Source: Nanobdellota archaeon (GTDB lineage Archaea; Nanobdellota; Nanobdellia; Pacearchaeales; JAHJTO01). From it: 15,656 bases of DNA. Numbering within the stretch: position 1 is the first letter of the stretch; the number at the start of each line of letters is the position of its first letter. The position numbers and the translations under genes were made by a program. The notes under the pieces were generated by a model, which did not search any database, was not told where the DNA came from, and saw nothing but the letters and a program-made list of their open reading frames with translations. Below are positions 6,481 to 13,223 of the stretch, piece by piece. The stretch covers positions 1 to 15,656 of the forward strand of contig JAHJTO010000005.1 in the NCBI GenBank assembly GCA_018829845.1. Direction: 5' to 3'.

Positions 6481-8811
6481 GTGAAAATGGCAAAAATATC
6501 CAATATTTTTTCAGCATTATTCCTAATATTGCTCATGGCTGGAACCGTTTCAGCATTTTCAATATCTTCAGATTCACAGAGCGCATCCATATGCATAGGA
6601 AGCACAAAGATGCTATCTTCCCTTGTTGAAGGCGGCGGCACATTCACAGTCTCTCAAGAAGGGACTGCCTCAACATTCTCAACCACCGTTCCAAATTCGT
6701 TTTCAACAGAAGGAAGCCAGAACATATATTCTTACATTACTCCCTCAAGCAAGATAAGTCCTGGAGATTACACTCTCAGGATAAAGTTAAGTGACGGTTC
6801 TGAGCAAAAAGAACATGATTATTCCATAACTGTAAAAGATTGTCAGAAAACAGAATTCAGCGCAGAAAGCAAGAAAGTAACTTGCCCTTGCCAAAAGACC
6901 GAGTTTGTTCTGAATATAGTGAACAATGCAGATTATTCAGAGAATTTCACATTGAGTGCTGAAGGAACCCTTAAAGGATGGATCGAATTTTCAGAACAGT
7001 CATTCAGAGCATCATCTGGAGAAGAAAAGGAAATAATCGCATTTGTCCATGCTCCTTGCAATATAAACGGGCAATACGATATAACATTCAAACTTAAGCC
7101 ATCACGTTATTTTTCGTCCTTATCTGCAAAGTCTGAGATGGATATCCAGCCATGCTATGACTACTCATTGAACTTTGAAAATAGGGTATATTTTGCATGT
7201 GAAAATGAACAGTTGATTGTTCCCCTAACCCTTTCAAATGAGGGCAGTTCTGACAACTCATTTAGCATAGATATTGATGGCCCAGATTGGATCACCTATG
7301 AAAAAAGTGCGGATGTGGATTCTGGAGAAAGCAACATCATCAATTTAATAATGAATCCTCCCAGAGATTCTGCAGGAAACTTCACAATAAAAGTCAATGC
7401 ATTGTCTGAATATGGCAATGTAAACAAAAAGGCAGAGACAGTTATGAGTGTGGAAAATTGCCATGAACTTTCAATGAACTTCGAAAATGATAAAGAGACC
7501 ATATGCAATATGGATAAAGAATATTCCTACCTATTGTCCATAAGGAATTCTGGAAAGCTTCATGAAGACATTGACCTTAGCATAGAAGGCCCCTCATGGG
7601 CATCATTAAGTGAAGATTCTATGTTTGTAGAGCGCAATGAAAGCAAAGAAGTGTATGTAGATATAAAATTCCCCTCAGATATGGAAGCAGGAGAATATGA
7701 AATAAAAGTAATTGCTTCTGGAGCCACACGGTCGGAAAGCACTTTTATAATAAATACCAAATATCCTGAAGACTGCTTCTCCTCAGATATTTCTTCTGAA
7801 AAAGACTCAATTGAAGTGTCCCTTGAGGGAGCAAGCATAATTGCCATAGAAGTTAAAAATGATGGATTGGAAGAATCAACTTTCATAATAGGTTTGGATG
7901 GAGATGCATCCTTATTTTCAATGATCAATCCAGAGATCATCACTCTATCTCCCGAAAAATCTGAAACCATCTATGTTTATATTTCCCCCCCATCATTTAC
8001 CGAGCTTAGAGATTATGATCTAAGCATATATTCAAGGGTAAAAGATACTAACTTAGTATCCTCTGAAGATATTAAAATAACTGTTGTAAATGAGAGAATG
8101 TCTTCTGAACCTGTAGATGAAGAATCACAAAAGGGATTCTTTTCAAAGATGTTCTCCAAGATAGGATCATTCTTTAGAACAGTTTGGACTCAAACTGCAA
8201 GCATATTTTCATTAAATTCCCAGGAAGAATCAAATGTGGAAGATTCCAATTTTGAAAACACTGGCAGTGAGAATTTTTCAATGGAAACAATAGTTTCTGA
8301 ATTTGAGAACAATGTAACCGGGGTTTCTGAAGAAGTAGAAGAAGAAATAATTGAAGATGTAATTAAGGTTGAAGAAGCAACCATCGAATTAAATGAGGCA
8401 GATGAAATAATGTTAAATGAAACTGTTGAAACAGCTGAGACTGTTGAAAAGGTTGGATTCTTCTCAAGAATATTTGGTTTGGGAAAAACCGAGGTATTGA
8501 ATGAAACAATCACACTAGAAGAAGTAACAATTGAAGATGTTGAAGAAACTTCCAATGCGGAAGAAGCAACTGAAGAAATTGAAGACATAACTGAAAATGT
8601 CGAAGAATCAGGGGGCGTTGATTCCAACATTACACAATTTAATTTGGATAATGCCAAAAAATCCTTATTGAATTTCTCAGCCTACAAAGATTATCTAATT
8701 GGGATGATTTCACTACTAATATTGATAATAATCTTCGCAACAGGATTCTGGAAGAAGATAATAGATTTCTTCGATGAAGATACTGTAAAAAAATCTCCTA
8801 GAAAAAAATAA
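6481..8811 (+). CDS. large surface protein: four Cys-bracketed CARDB/NEW3-like repeats, acidic stalk, C-terminal TM anchor
   Basis: 776-aa ORF (GTG at 6481; ATG at 6487 is the likelier start). Signal MAKISNIFSALFLILLMAGTVSA/FS. Four repeats of ~100 aa carry a GW/DW/SW motif (LKGWIEF, GPDWITY, GPSWASL, GDASLFS). Three of them open with C-x12-16-C. An E/V/I/T-rich acidic region contains KGFFSKMFSKIGSFF and VGFFSRIFGLGK. C-terminal TM LIGMISLLILIIIFATGFW. Confidence 0.85.
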   Translation: MKMAKISNIFSALFLILLMAGTVSAFSISSDSQSASICIGSTKMLSSLVEGGGTFTVSQEGTASTFSTTVPNSFSTEGSQNIYSYITPSSKISPGDYTLRIKLSDGSEQKEHDYSITVKDCQKTEFSAESKKVTCPCQKTEFVLNIVNNADYSENFTLSAEGTLKGWIEFSEQSFRASSGEEKEIIAFVHAPCNINGQYDITFKLKPSRYFSSLSAKSEMDIQPCYDYSLNFENRVYFACENEQLIVPLTLSNEGSSDNSFSIDIDGPDWITYEKSADVDSGESNIINLIMNPPRDSAGNFTIKVNALSEYGNVNKKAETVMSVENCHELSMNFENDKETICNMDKEYSYLLSIRNSGKLHEDIDLSIEGPSWASLSEDSMFVERNESKEVYVDIKFPSDMEAGEYEIKVIASGATRSESTFIINTKYPEDCFSSDISSEKDSIEVSLEGASIIAIEVKNDGLEESTFIIGLDGDASLFSMINPEIITLSPEKSETIYVYISPPSFTELRDYDLSIYSRVKDTNLVSSEDIKITVVNERMSSEPVDEESQKGFFSKMFSKIGSFFRTVWTQTASIFSLNSQEESNVEDSNFENTGSENFSMETIVSEFENNVTGVSEEVEEEIIEDVIKVEEATIELNEADEIMLNETVETAETVEKVGFFSRIFGLGKTEVLNETITLEEVTIEDVEETSNAEEATEEIEDITENVEESGGVDSNITQFNLDNAKKSLLNFSAYKDYLIGMISLLILIIIFATGFWKKIIDFFDEDTVKKSPRKK

Positions 8812-8815
8812 TTAA

Positions 8816-8828
8816 TTATTTTTTATTT
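8816..8828 (+). terminator. oligo-T tract after the 776-aa gene, in a 17-bp convergent gap
   Basis: ttattttttattt with a T6 run at 8819-8824, directly after the stop at 8809-8811. The convergent SMC stop is at 8829-8831. Confidence 0.4.
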
Positions 8829-11690
8829 CTAAACTCTCAGGCTAAGAACCCTTGAAACCCCGTCCTGCATTGTAACTCCGAAAAGTATTGGAGAATCTGA
8901 AATAAGATGATCATTATGTGTAATCACTATATACTGTGCATTCTTGATATAAGTTTTCAAAAGATCTGAAAGCCTTTCAGTATTCTTCTTATCCAATGCG
9001 GCATCTATCTCATCAAAGATATAGAAATAATAAGGCTTAAGCTCTTGTATTGCAAATATAAGGCTAAGTGCAACAAGTGTTCTTTCTCCCCCAGACAAAG
9101 AGTTTACATCAAGGTATTTTCCCTTTGCCAGCTTTACATCAATATTTATTCCCCCCTCAAATGGATTTTCCCTGTTTTCAAGAGATAGGAATGCTTCTCT
9201 TGCTCCGAGCCTTAGGAAATTATTTGAGAAAATCCCATTTATGCTGTCAAATGTTTTCATAAAAGTTGTTTTCTTCTTTCTATCTATCTCTGCAATGATG
9301 TTAAGAATATCTTGCTTTTCCTGTTCAAGCCTCAACACCCTTTCATTTATTTTCTCATACTCTTCCTTAACCTTCTCATAAACCTCTAGAGCCTTGAGAT
9401 TAACAGTCCCTATCTTGATCATTTCAGTTTCATTCCTCTTTATTCTGGCTTCTATTTCATTTTTAGACTGCTTAAGCTTCAAAGATTCAATATCTAGATG
9501 CTTATACTGCTCGAATTCATTAGTTGATGTTTCCAACTCCGCAGAGGTCTTTGCCTTAGCAATCCTCAGTATGTTAACTTCTTCCTCAACTCCTCTGAGC
9601 TTGAGCTTGTTTTCCATATTCTTATGTTCCAATTCCCTAAGCTGATTTTGAAGAGTTGATCTTTTCTTGAAAAGTTTATCAAATGTCTCATACATTGCCT
9701 TTTCCTTTGCTTCTTTGTCTTCCATCACACCTTGCTTCTCTTTCAACTGATGCGTAAATTCTTTTATAGTATTCCCAAGAGATTTCTTATCTGCAGGGAA
9801 TTTTTTGATTATTTCTTTTATCCTTTCAATTTCCTGTTCCAAAGACATCAACTTCAACTCAACCTGGGATCTTGACTCGCTTTTCTTAGTCAATTCCTTA
9901 AACTCTTCTCTCATTTGAGTATATGTTTTTTCAAAATCTCCGAATTTCTTTATCTCTATCTCAAGGCTTGCTGCTTTCTTCTCAAGAGCATTGATGTTAG
10001 ATTCCAGAGCCCTGACCTCATCCTCTATTATCTCCTTCTCCATTCGCTTATCATTAAGATTTTCTTCATTCACCTTAAACACCTTCAATCTTCCAGAAGT
10101 CTCATTTAACATCTCAAGATTTTTCTTCAACATAATTATTTTTTCTTCAGCGTCCAAATGGGATTTTATAGAATTCTCAAGCTTTTTTTGAAGATTCTTT
10201 ATATCAGAATCAGATTTTGAATGAACCTCTCCAATATGTTCAGAGGTCACCTTTCTTTTACAAACCGGGCAAACATCCAAGTCCCTTATGTCCTTTTTTA
10301 TCTTCTCTATCAGGAATATTTCTTTTCTGAATTCTGCAGCATTATTTGAAAGAAGCTGTCTGCTTTTCTCAAGAGAATCTAGCTCAGTCAGGGATTTTTT
10401 GATTTTATCCAGGATTGATTCAAGCTTTGCAAATTCTTTTGGAGTGTTTCTTTCCAATTCCAATATTTTCTCGTTCAGCTGGCTTCCCTTTTGCACAAGG
10501 TATGAAAAATTATTTCTATTGTGGTGAAGATCGCTTGTAACTTTTATTAATTCTGTTCTAAACTTGTCAAGTCTCTCTTTCTTTTCTTCAAGAGAAGATA
10601 ATGAGGCATTCTTTGACTGGAGTAGCTTCTTCAGATCATCCTTTGGAAATGTGGCCTTCAGAGTTTCAATTTCATCAAGACTTCTTGTCAATTCTTTTTC
10701 CAATTGCTCTCTTCTTTTTTCCAATTCAGTCAATTGCTGTTGGTGATTCTCAAGTCTAACAGACAATACTGCAACCTCTGCCTTCTGCTGAGCAACTTCC
10801 TCATGAAGTTTTTCTTGCTCAACTCCTGTTGCTTGTTCAATGTGCTTGTTTATCTTATCTATCTCCCCGTTCATAAAAGAGATTTTTGATTCCATTCCGG
10901 AGATTGTTTCTTTGGCCCTTGCAATATGGTTGCCTTTATCAGATAGGCTTTTTTCAATGTCCCCATTCTCTTTTTTCTTGTCTTCCAAATGCCTGAACAA
11001 TAATGCTGCCTTGTCTCTCTCAATTCCCCTCCTCAAACTTTCATAATTCAGGGCCTGGCTTCTTTCCTTGTCAAGATTTCTCAGATATGCTGTTCTTTCA
11101 TTTAATATCGTTCTTACCTCTTTCAATTTTTCATCAGTCCTGTTCATTTCATTCATGCTCTTGTTCTTCCTATCTTCATAGATTGAAATTCCTGCGACCT
11201 CTTCCATGACTCCTCTTCTTTCCTCAGGATGCATTTCTATGAATTTGGCTATTTCCTGCTGAAGGATTATATTGAAACCATTTGGATCTATTCCCCCCTG
11301 GGCAAGAAGCTCAAGAATTTCCTGCCTTGTCTTTACTTCATTGTTAACCCTATAAGTGCTTATCCCATTCTTTCTTACTGTTCTGGAAATGCTTACCTCG
11401 GGCTTGTCAATTGCAAATGTATTATTTGAATTATCAAGAAGAAGCTCTACAAATGCTTCCGGAGAAGGAGAATGGCTCTTTCCCCCGTTATAGATCAAAT
11501 TCGAGGCCTTGGCCGCCCTCATGCTCTTGGCACTCAATCTTCCAAGTACAAAACATATAGAATCAGTGATGTTGCTTTTTCCCGCGCCATTTGGACCTAA
11601 TATTATGTTAAGCTTTGTATCAAAAGGAATCTCAACTTTCTTTGCAAAGCTCTTAAATCCCTGCATGGTAAGTTTTTTTATAAAAGTCAT
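8829..11690 (-). CDS. smc: SMC-family chromosome-organisation ATPase lacking a hinge, with a central Rad50-like CxxC zinc hook
   Basis: 953 aa from ATG 11690 (MTFIKKLTMQGFKSF...). The ORF is open to 11747, but that adds a non-conserved 19-aa extension. Walker A GPNGAGKSN. SMC Q-loop region ILQQEIAKFIEMHPEERRGVMEEVAGISIYEDRK. Signature/Walker B/D-loop LSGGERTLVALSLIFAIQELKPYYFYIFDEIDAALD. C-terminal FGVTMQDGVSRVLSL. Long K/E-rich coiled-coil arms. CPVCKRKVTSEH at aa 474-485 (Cys codons within nt 10260-10271). Confidence 0.9.
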   Translation of the reverse strand: MTFIKKLTMQGFKSFAKKVEIPFDTKLNIILGPNGAGKSNITDSICFVLGRLSAKSMRAAKASNLIYNGGKSHSPSPEAFVELLLDNSNNTFAIDKPEVSISRTVRKNGISTYRVNNEVKTRQEILELLAQGGIDPNGFNIILQQEIAKFIEMHPEERRGVMEEVAGISIYEDRKNKSMNEMNRTDEKLKEVRTILNERTAYLRNLDKERSQALNYESLRRGIERDKAALLFRHLEDKKKENGDIEKSLSDKGNHIARAKETISGMESKISFMNGEIDKINKHIEQATGVEQEKLHEEVAQQKAEVAVLSVRLENHQQQLTELEKRREQLEKELTRSLDEIETLKATFPKDDLKKLLQSKNASLSSLEEKKERLDKFRTELIKVTSDLHHNRNNFSYLVQKGSQLNEKILELERNTPKEFAKLESILDKIKKSLTELDSLEKSRQLLSNNAAEFRKEIFLIEKIKKDIRDLDVCPVCKRKVTSEHIGEVHSKSDSDIKNLQKKLENSIKSHLDAEEKIIMLKKNLEMLNETSGRLKVFKVNEENLNDKRMEKEIIEDEVRALESNINALEKKAASLEIEIKKFGDFEKTYTQMREEFKELTKKSESRSQVELKLMSLEQEIERIKEIIKKFPADKKSLGNTIKEFTHQLKEKQGVMEDKEAKEKAMYETFDKLFKKRSTLQNQLRELEHKNMENKLKLRGVEEEVNILRIAKAKTSAELETSTNEFEQYKHLDIESLKLKQSKNEIEARIKRNETEMIKIGTVNLKALEVYEKVKEEYEKINERVLRLEQEKQDILNIIAEIDRKKKTTFMKTFDSINGIFSNNFLRLGAREAFLSLENRENPFEGGINIDVKLAKGKYLDVNSLSGGERTLVALSLIFAIQELKPYYFYIFDEIDAALDKKNTERLSDLLKTYIKNAQYIVITHNDHLISDSPILFGVTMQDGVSRVLSLRV

Positions 11691-11708
11691 GCTGTCTCTC
11701 TTTTTATT

Positions 11709-11757
11709 ATGCTTGGAAGGCCATGCTTCCCGGCATGACGGAAGCATTTTATGCTTC
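11709..11757 (-). promoter_or_regulatory. alternative-pairing hairpin cluster in the putative smc leader
   Basis: atgcttcc (11723-11730) pairs with ggaagcat (11740-11747). gaagcat (11741-11747) can instead pair with atgcttc (11751-11757). Further atgctt/ggaag copies lie at 11709-11719. Confidence 0.25.
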
Positions 11758-11784
11758 TTATCATAGGCTAGGAAAATAGAAATA

Positions 11785-11797
11785 GGTATATAAAATT
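11785..11797 (-). promoter_or_regulatory. candidate TATA box for smc (AATTTTATATACC on the - strand)
   Basis: It is the only TATA-like element between the rnhB stop (11862) and the smc start. It would give a leader of about 75 nt to ATG 11690. Confidence 0.3.
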
Positions 11798-11861
11798 AGT
11801 GGTTCTTTCCCTCAATGATTTCAGCATTTATCGACGTAAATTGGATATTAAAATCAATTTT

Positions 11862-12536
11862 CTAGAATAATTTTTTCTGTCCGTTTTTCTCAACAATGGC
11901 CTTCCAAGTTCCCCATGACTTTCTTATTATTCCAGAATTTTCAAATTTTCTGCCATGTTTGATTAAAAATTCTTTAACCTTTGGATCGGCAGGGTATCCG
12001 GATCCAAAATTGATCTTTATTTTCTTCCTTATGTCTTCAACATTCCCTTCCCTTGCCACCTTTGCAAGGATTGATGCAGCAGAAACTGAAATATGGTTCG
12101 CATCGGCCTTATGCTCGCACTTAATGCTTAAACCTTCAGTGTTCTTCACAAAGCCCACCAATTTTTCTGTCCAAGCAGAAATGTTTATTGAAGGACAATC
12201 AACAACAACTTCTATCTTATTCTTTCCCCCTGCTTTCTTTTTTAAAAAATCAATGACCTCTGCCATCTTCATAGCTTCCAAGGTATTCAAACTATTTGTT
12301 TCAACATAATGGTCAATTTCCTCAGGAGTTGCACTAACAACTTTATGGGCTATTGAATTCTTTTCTATTATCTTTGAAAGCCTTACTCTTGTTGGATGGG
12401 ATAAAAGCTTTGAATCCTTAACATTCTGTTCCTTGAGAAAAGCCTCCTGTTCGGAATCAATTAAAACGCCCCCTAGAAACATGTTTCCAATAACTGGTCC
12501 TCTTCCGGCATCATCTACTCCTAAAAGAAGATTCAT
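11862..12536 (-). CDS. rnhB: ribonuclease HII
   Basis: 224 aa. N-terminus MNLLLGVDDAGRGPVIGNMFLGGVL matches the RNase HII G-x-D-E-A-G-R-G-P-V-I-G-P motif, with D in place of E. The size is archaeal-type. The SAASILAKV motif is present. The start overlaps the upstream stop (ATGA at 12533-12536). Confidence 0.9.
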   Translation of the reverse strand: MNLLLGVDDAGRGPVIGNMFLGGVLIDSEQEAFLKEQNVKDSKLLSHPTRVRLSKIIEKNSIAHKVVSATPEEIDHYVETNSLNTLEAMKMAEVIDFLKKKAGGKNKIEVVVDCPSINISAWTEKLVGFVKNTEGLSIKCEHKADANHISVSAASILAKVAREGNVEDIRKKIKINFGSGYPADPKVKEFLIKHGRKFENSGIIRKSWGTWKAIVEKNGQKKLF

Positions 12537-13114
12537 TTCATCATCTCCAATAATTCTTTTAGAACAACCGGAATTTGTTTAGTCACGTTTTCTATATAAT
12601 GCCCTTTTTTCTTTTCAAAGATTACTTTTGAGCCAAGTTCCCTTTGAAATATCTTGGAGTCTCTAATAGGGACATATGGATCATTATCTGAGAATATTGC
12701 CACGGATTTTTTTATTATTTTCTTGACATTATTTAAATTTATTGAAGTTTTGAGCCAAGGTTCTGCAATTTCATTCTCCTCCTCACTTTCAAGCCCTTTC
12801 AATGAAAACCATCCAGCCACAAATATTACTCCTCCAATTTTGGCAGAATTCAAAGTGCCAAGATATCTCATTATCGCCTGGCATCCTATGCTATGACCAA
12901 CAAAGTAGGTATCCTCATCAGGATTTTTAACATTAAGTTTCAAAAAATTTATCCACTCGCCCATTTTAGGTTCTTCTTTATTGGGCATCTCAAGAGAATG
13001 AACTTCAAATCCTTTTGAAGAAAGCTCTTTGTTAAGCCACAAAAGCCAGCCTTTGTCAGGGCATCCCCCCCAGCCATGTATGATAAAAACTCTTTTTTTC
13101 ATTTGAACATTCAT
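12533..13114 (-). CDS. alpha/beta serine hydrolase, YdeN/RBBP9-like family
   Basis: 193-aa ORF. The likelier start is the second ATG at 13102 (MKKRVFIIHGWGG). Nucleophile elbow GHSIG, acid SDNDPYVP, His in KKKGHY. The length and motif order fit the small Ser_hydrolase family. Confidence 0.85.
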   Translation of the reverse strand: MNVQMKKRVFIIHGWGGCPDKGWLLWLNKELSSKGFEVHSLEMPNKEEPKMGEWINFLKLNVKNPDEDTYFVGHSIGCQAIMRYLGTLNSAKIGGVIFVAGWFSLKGLESEEENEIAEPWLKTSINLNNVKKIIKKSVAIFSDNDPYVPIRDSKIFQRELGSKVIFEKKKGHYIENVTKQIPVVLKELLEMMK

Positions 13115-13125
13115 TTGAACATGAG

Positions 13126-13200
13126 TAGCGGGAGAAGGATTTGAACCTCCGATCTCAAGGTTATGGGCCTTGCGAGGACTCCAGGCTCCTCTATCCCGCT
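13126..13200 (-). tRNA. tRNA-Met (anticodon CAT), probably the archaeal initiator type (A1:U72); no encoded CCA
   Basis: The - strand reads AGCGGGA-TA-GAGG-AGCCTGGAGT-CCTC-G-CAAGG-CCCATAA-CCTTG-AGATC-GGAGG-TTCAAAT-CCTTC-TCCCGCT-A. This is a full 75-nt cloverleaf with a 7-bp acceptor stem starting A:U. The anticodon stem has only two G:C pairs next to the loop, so an elongator tRNA-Met is not excluded. Confidence 0.9.
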
Positions 13201-13223
13201 ATAAAGATATACATTGGGAGTAA

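Noticed and set aside
6008-6647. ORFs 6008..6301 (+), 6256..6471 (-) and 6462..6647 (-) as small protein genes
   Set aside because: They run through consecutive perfect palindromes and T-tracts, overlap the ends of well-supported genes out of frame, and have no promoter at a sensible distance. Their apparent internal peptide repeats (FRHAQ/FGHAK) simply mirror the DNA repeats.
1085-8657. Antisense ORFs 1085..1423, 1586..1780, 1815..2051, 2130..2339, 3730..3924, 4264..4659, 7296..7508, 7560..7970 and 8190..8657 (-)
   Set aside because: Each lies wholly inside, or across the junction of, a longer + strand ORF that has a signal peptide or conserved motifs. Their translations are Ser/Leu/Phe-rich low complexity; for example, 8190..8657 is the complement of the acidic stalk.
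8829-11690. Calling this gene rad50 because of the CPVC hook
   Set aside because: The head motifs are SMC-type, not Rad50/SbcC-type: the QQEI...EEVAGI region, FDEIDAALD and GVTMQDGVS. No mre11-like gene is adjacent.
11691-11747. Upstream ATG (11747) as the smc start, giving a 972-aa protein
   Set aside because: SMC proteins begin within a few residues of the M-x-I-K-x-L-x-L-x-G-F-K-S-F strand. The extra MLPSCREAWPSKHNKKRDS has no counterpart and lies in the hairpin cluster. It is kept only as an alternative because the candidate TATA box at 11785-11797 would fit it.
9068-11766. A chain of 60-85-aa + strand ORFs inside the smc locus
   Set aside because: They are antisense shadows of a K/E-rich coiled-coil gene. 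Their translations are F/L/S-rich and low in complexity. They have no starts with promoters, and they overlap a gene with unambiguous conserved motifs.
11896-12896. ORFs 11896..12309 (+) and 12654..12896 (+)
   Set aside because: They are antisense to rnhB and to the serine hydrolase, both of which have clear catalytic motifs. The translations are hydrophobic and low in complexity.
13099-13140. The 12-bp duplicates as a duplicated tRNA 3' fragment (att site of an integrated element)
   Set aside because: Only 8 nt (atttgaac) match the tRNA T-arm. No integrase or other element genes flank the site, and the segment is better explained as a start-codon-region duplication.
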